Source: Lingula anatina (taxonomy: Eukaryota > Animalia > Brachiopoda). From it: a stretch of DNA of 64,000 bases. Position 1 is the stretch's first letter. Each line of letters opens with the position of its first letter. Where the stretch lies: positions 2,170,001 through 2,234,000 of the forward strand of contig CM120640.1 of assembly GCA_051362555.1 (NCBI GenBank), read 5' to 3'. Shown in pieces: positions 61,446-64,000 of the stretch. The notes below the pieces were generated by a model. That model was not told the origin of the DNA. It saw only the letters and a list, made by a program, of their open reading frames with translations, and searched no databases. The translations under genes and the position numbers were made by a program.

Positions 61446-64000
61446 TTCTCTGGTCAGCTGGTCAGTATCCCTGGCTCAGTAAAATATCCCTCATTGCTGG
61501 ATGAATCTGTAAATAAAAAGACACGTTATATCTCCTGACTTTTCCTGGTGACATGTGCAGTGCATAGTGGTCAATAGCTTCCTCAAAAATGGTTGATTGA
61601 ACTGTACCCCCTGATTCTGTGATATCTGCATGTACTCTGTGATATACCTTTATCCTCTATAATATCAGCAACCACGGACCTACCATCCCATGGGCTGTCA
61701 GTGTCACGTAGGAGATATATGACAATAAGACCTGGACTGCAAGGCAAGAATCAATAACTTAAACAGGCAGTCATTAAACATACATGTACAGTGCATGCAG
61801 TCAGAACTATAGTGGCCTAGAGGTAGGCTCCATCAACAGTGTACAGTCCTCACTCTCTTTTTCTTGTCTCTTCAGGTGTGTTTGGTCTCTCAGTCACTTC
61901 ACAATTAACTTCTCAGGTGACCTCATTCCTGCTTGCCAGCTGTTATTCCACTGCCATTATTACCTGTGAGCATTCTCTGCTATATGCTGTCTATAGCCTC
62001 CTATTACATAGTGCACTAACTGGGAGATAATGCATTGTAAAAAGCCCTACTGTTTATTAAGTGGTCGCCTTTCAGTCCCAACACGCTGGTGTGTGCACAC
62101 ATGCATATATGGCATCCTTATCAACCATATATCATTCTGAAGAAAGCCCATGCAAATAAACCATCAATCTCGATCTTAGAGTTATTTGTTCCATCAGTGA
62201 AAGGCTAAAAGCCCAGTGTACATACAGGATGCATATGTATGTTAACAGCAATCTATTAAAGTGAAAAAGTGAAAGTTGATTTAGAAAAGATCCAGAGGGG
62301 GTGCCATCTTTTATAAAGGGTGGAGGAATGGGTGGGGGGGGGGGGGGGGCAGTAGTAAGAAAAAGTGTTATTCTGGCCTTATTGTCATTTGTTATTCTGA
62401 CCCGCAAAAAATTAGATACCTGTATAAAGAAGTGTCTTCATGTCAAAGGTGGCCTTCATTTGACCAACCATTTGACCAATAAACTTTGGTTAAACAATAT
62501 GAAAAATTATTATTTAAAATTGTCCAAAGTATATTGAGTATGCTTCATATTGAGTATATTTCTGTTTAAAAGTTAATTTGGTTCAATAAAAATGCCTACT
62601 AGTATTGATCCTATGGTCATATCTCATACCTACGACCCAAAATCCTAGCTCATACCAATGCCCTTAATCTTATCTTTACAGTTCAGGATGACTCATAAAT
62701 ATTTTTTCTACGAAACATGCACATTGAAATAATTATTGATATAAGCAACTCAAATATTTCATCAACCAACTAATTTTTTATTTTCTTGGTACACATGAAC
62801 ATTGATAATTAAAAATTTCAAAATCTTTGGCATGCTGTACCTTCCAGTGCCCAAGGGATGACTCCTATGACATAACAAGGTATGAAAGGCTTAAAAACTA
62901 AATGTGATTTATGTCAATTATTAGAAAACATCAAAATAAAATATTTTTCTCCATAGTGCAGTAATCTAATTAGTGGTCTCAGCAGTACTGCATGGCTCTC
63001 TGATGAATATACTCTAATAATTGTGGTCAATTTGTTTCACTCAAAACCTATTTTCATCTTAATTTAATATCTATATCTTAATCACATCCTGACTTAGTCA
63101 GCCGTGTGATGAAAAGACCCCTGCATAGTCAATAAACCCTGGGCTATATGAGTCAGTGCCAACAAAAATATTAAAAATAGATGCAGATCACCTGTATAAC
63201 CACACAGAAAAATTTTAAATGATTAATAAGCAGCCTAACAGTCTAATGTTATTCCATCTTTTGTTATTCAAATATTTTGCATCTCGTTTGTACTAGGTAG
63301 AATTTTCATTGCCTGTGTCAATAAATTCTTCCCGGATGTGACTAGATCCCACTAGCATTTTAATGTTTGGAAGTGGTCCAAACTGAGGAAAACAAACAAG
63401 GAAGTAAAGTTTTGCCATATACGGTCTTAAAGCAGTACAACTGATATGGGGTGATGTCTTTATGTTGTTCAGTACTAGAATATTCTACGAATAAGCAAAT
63501 CTTGTTCAGTTGACATTCTCAATAATTATCAGTCAGCTTCCTTGAATACTTTCCTGTCATCTTGATAAATTAAGAACAGTCACCCCCAAACAATGCCAAA
63601 AACAAAAGAAATAATGCTACAGCCCCATATAAAAGACCCGCTGTCAGAAGCAAGTTTCAAGAAGCATACTTAAATCAAGAAACGTTCCAGAAAATTTATT
63701 AGCAAATTATATCCAATTTTAGGAATAACATTTTACTTTGATGCAAATTCTGAATGTATGAAAAGAAAAAGATTTACCCCTTCCAGAGGAAAAAGAATAT
63801 AACAGGAGTCCATTGAATAGCATAACAGGTAAGATAAGATTATAATCCAGTGTAAAACGTAAATTAATGTAATCTGTAGATAAACTATGGATATGTCAAG
63901 GTACTGTGGATGATTTTAAAATTCTTTTATTAAAAAAGCAAATATTTTAAGGTACATAATTTATCTATATTTAAGTTGCGTTCATTAATTGAAAGCTTGA

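Noticed and set aside
61850-61920. Plus-strand polypyrimidine acceptor and donor-like site suggesting an antisense exon
   Set aside because: No partner exons or coding signal could be linked; such matches arise by chance in AT-rich DNA.
1-64000. tRNA, rRNA or prokaryotic defence systems
   Set aside because: No cloverleaf, rRNA-like segment or operon-like gene density seen; the window is intron-rich eukaryotic DNA.

Overview
AT-rich eukaryotic genomic DNA with GT-AG introns, microsatellites and many short DNA-transposon copies. It is probably from a marine invertebrate such as a mollusc (inferred from the repeat types). Two intron-containing minus-strand genes were reconstructed by hand, exon by exon, with matching splice phases. 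(1) The 5' part of a class IA PI3K regulatory-subunit (p85-like) gene, with 10 coding exons from 33369 to 305 that continue past the window start; the architecture is SH3-C1-SAM-C1-RhoGAP. (2) A complete 9-coding-exon di-N-acetylchitobiase (CTBS, GH18)-like gene (61445 to 52139, 476 aa). Its catalytic motifs are altered (DAINLDLD for DGINIDIE; KSDH for MSYD) and it has gained a C-terminal transmembrane helix and tail, making it a candidate membrane-bound chito-oligosaccharide lectin or receptor. The introns hold a decayed 2.17-kb ISL2EU/Harbinger-like THAP transposon with TIRs, a Helentron-like element with internal tandem repeats, and several MITE families (5-bp-TSD, TAA-TSD, TTAA-TSD). Most short ORFs in the supplied track are non-coding noise. 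All family assignments come from motif recognition, not database searches.
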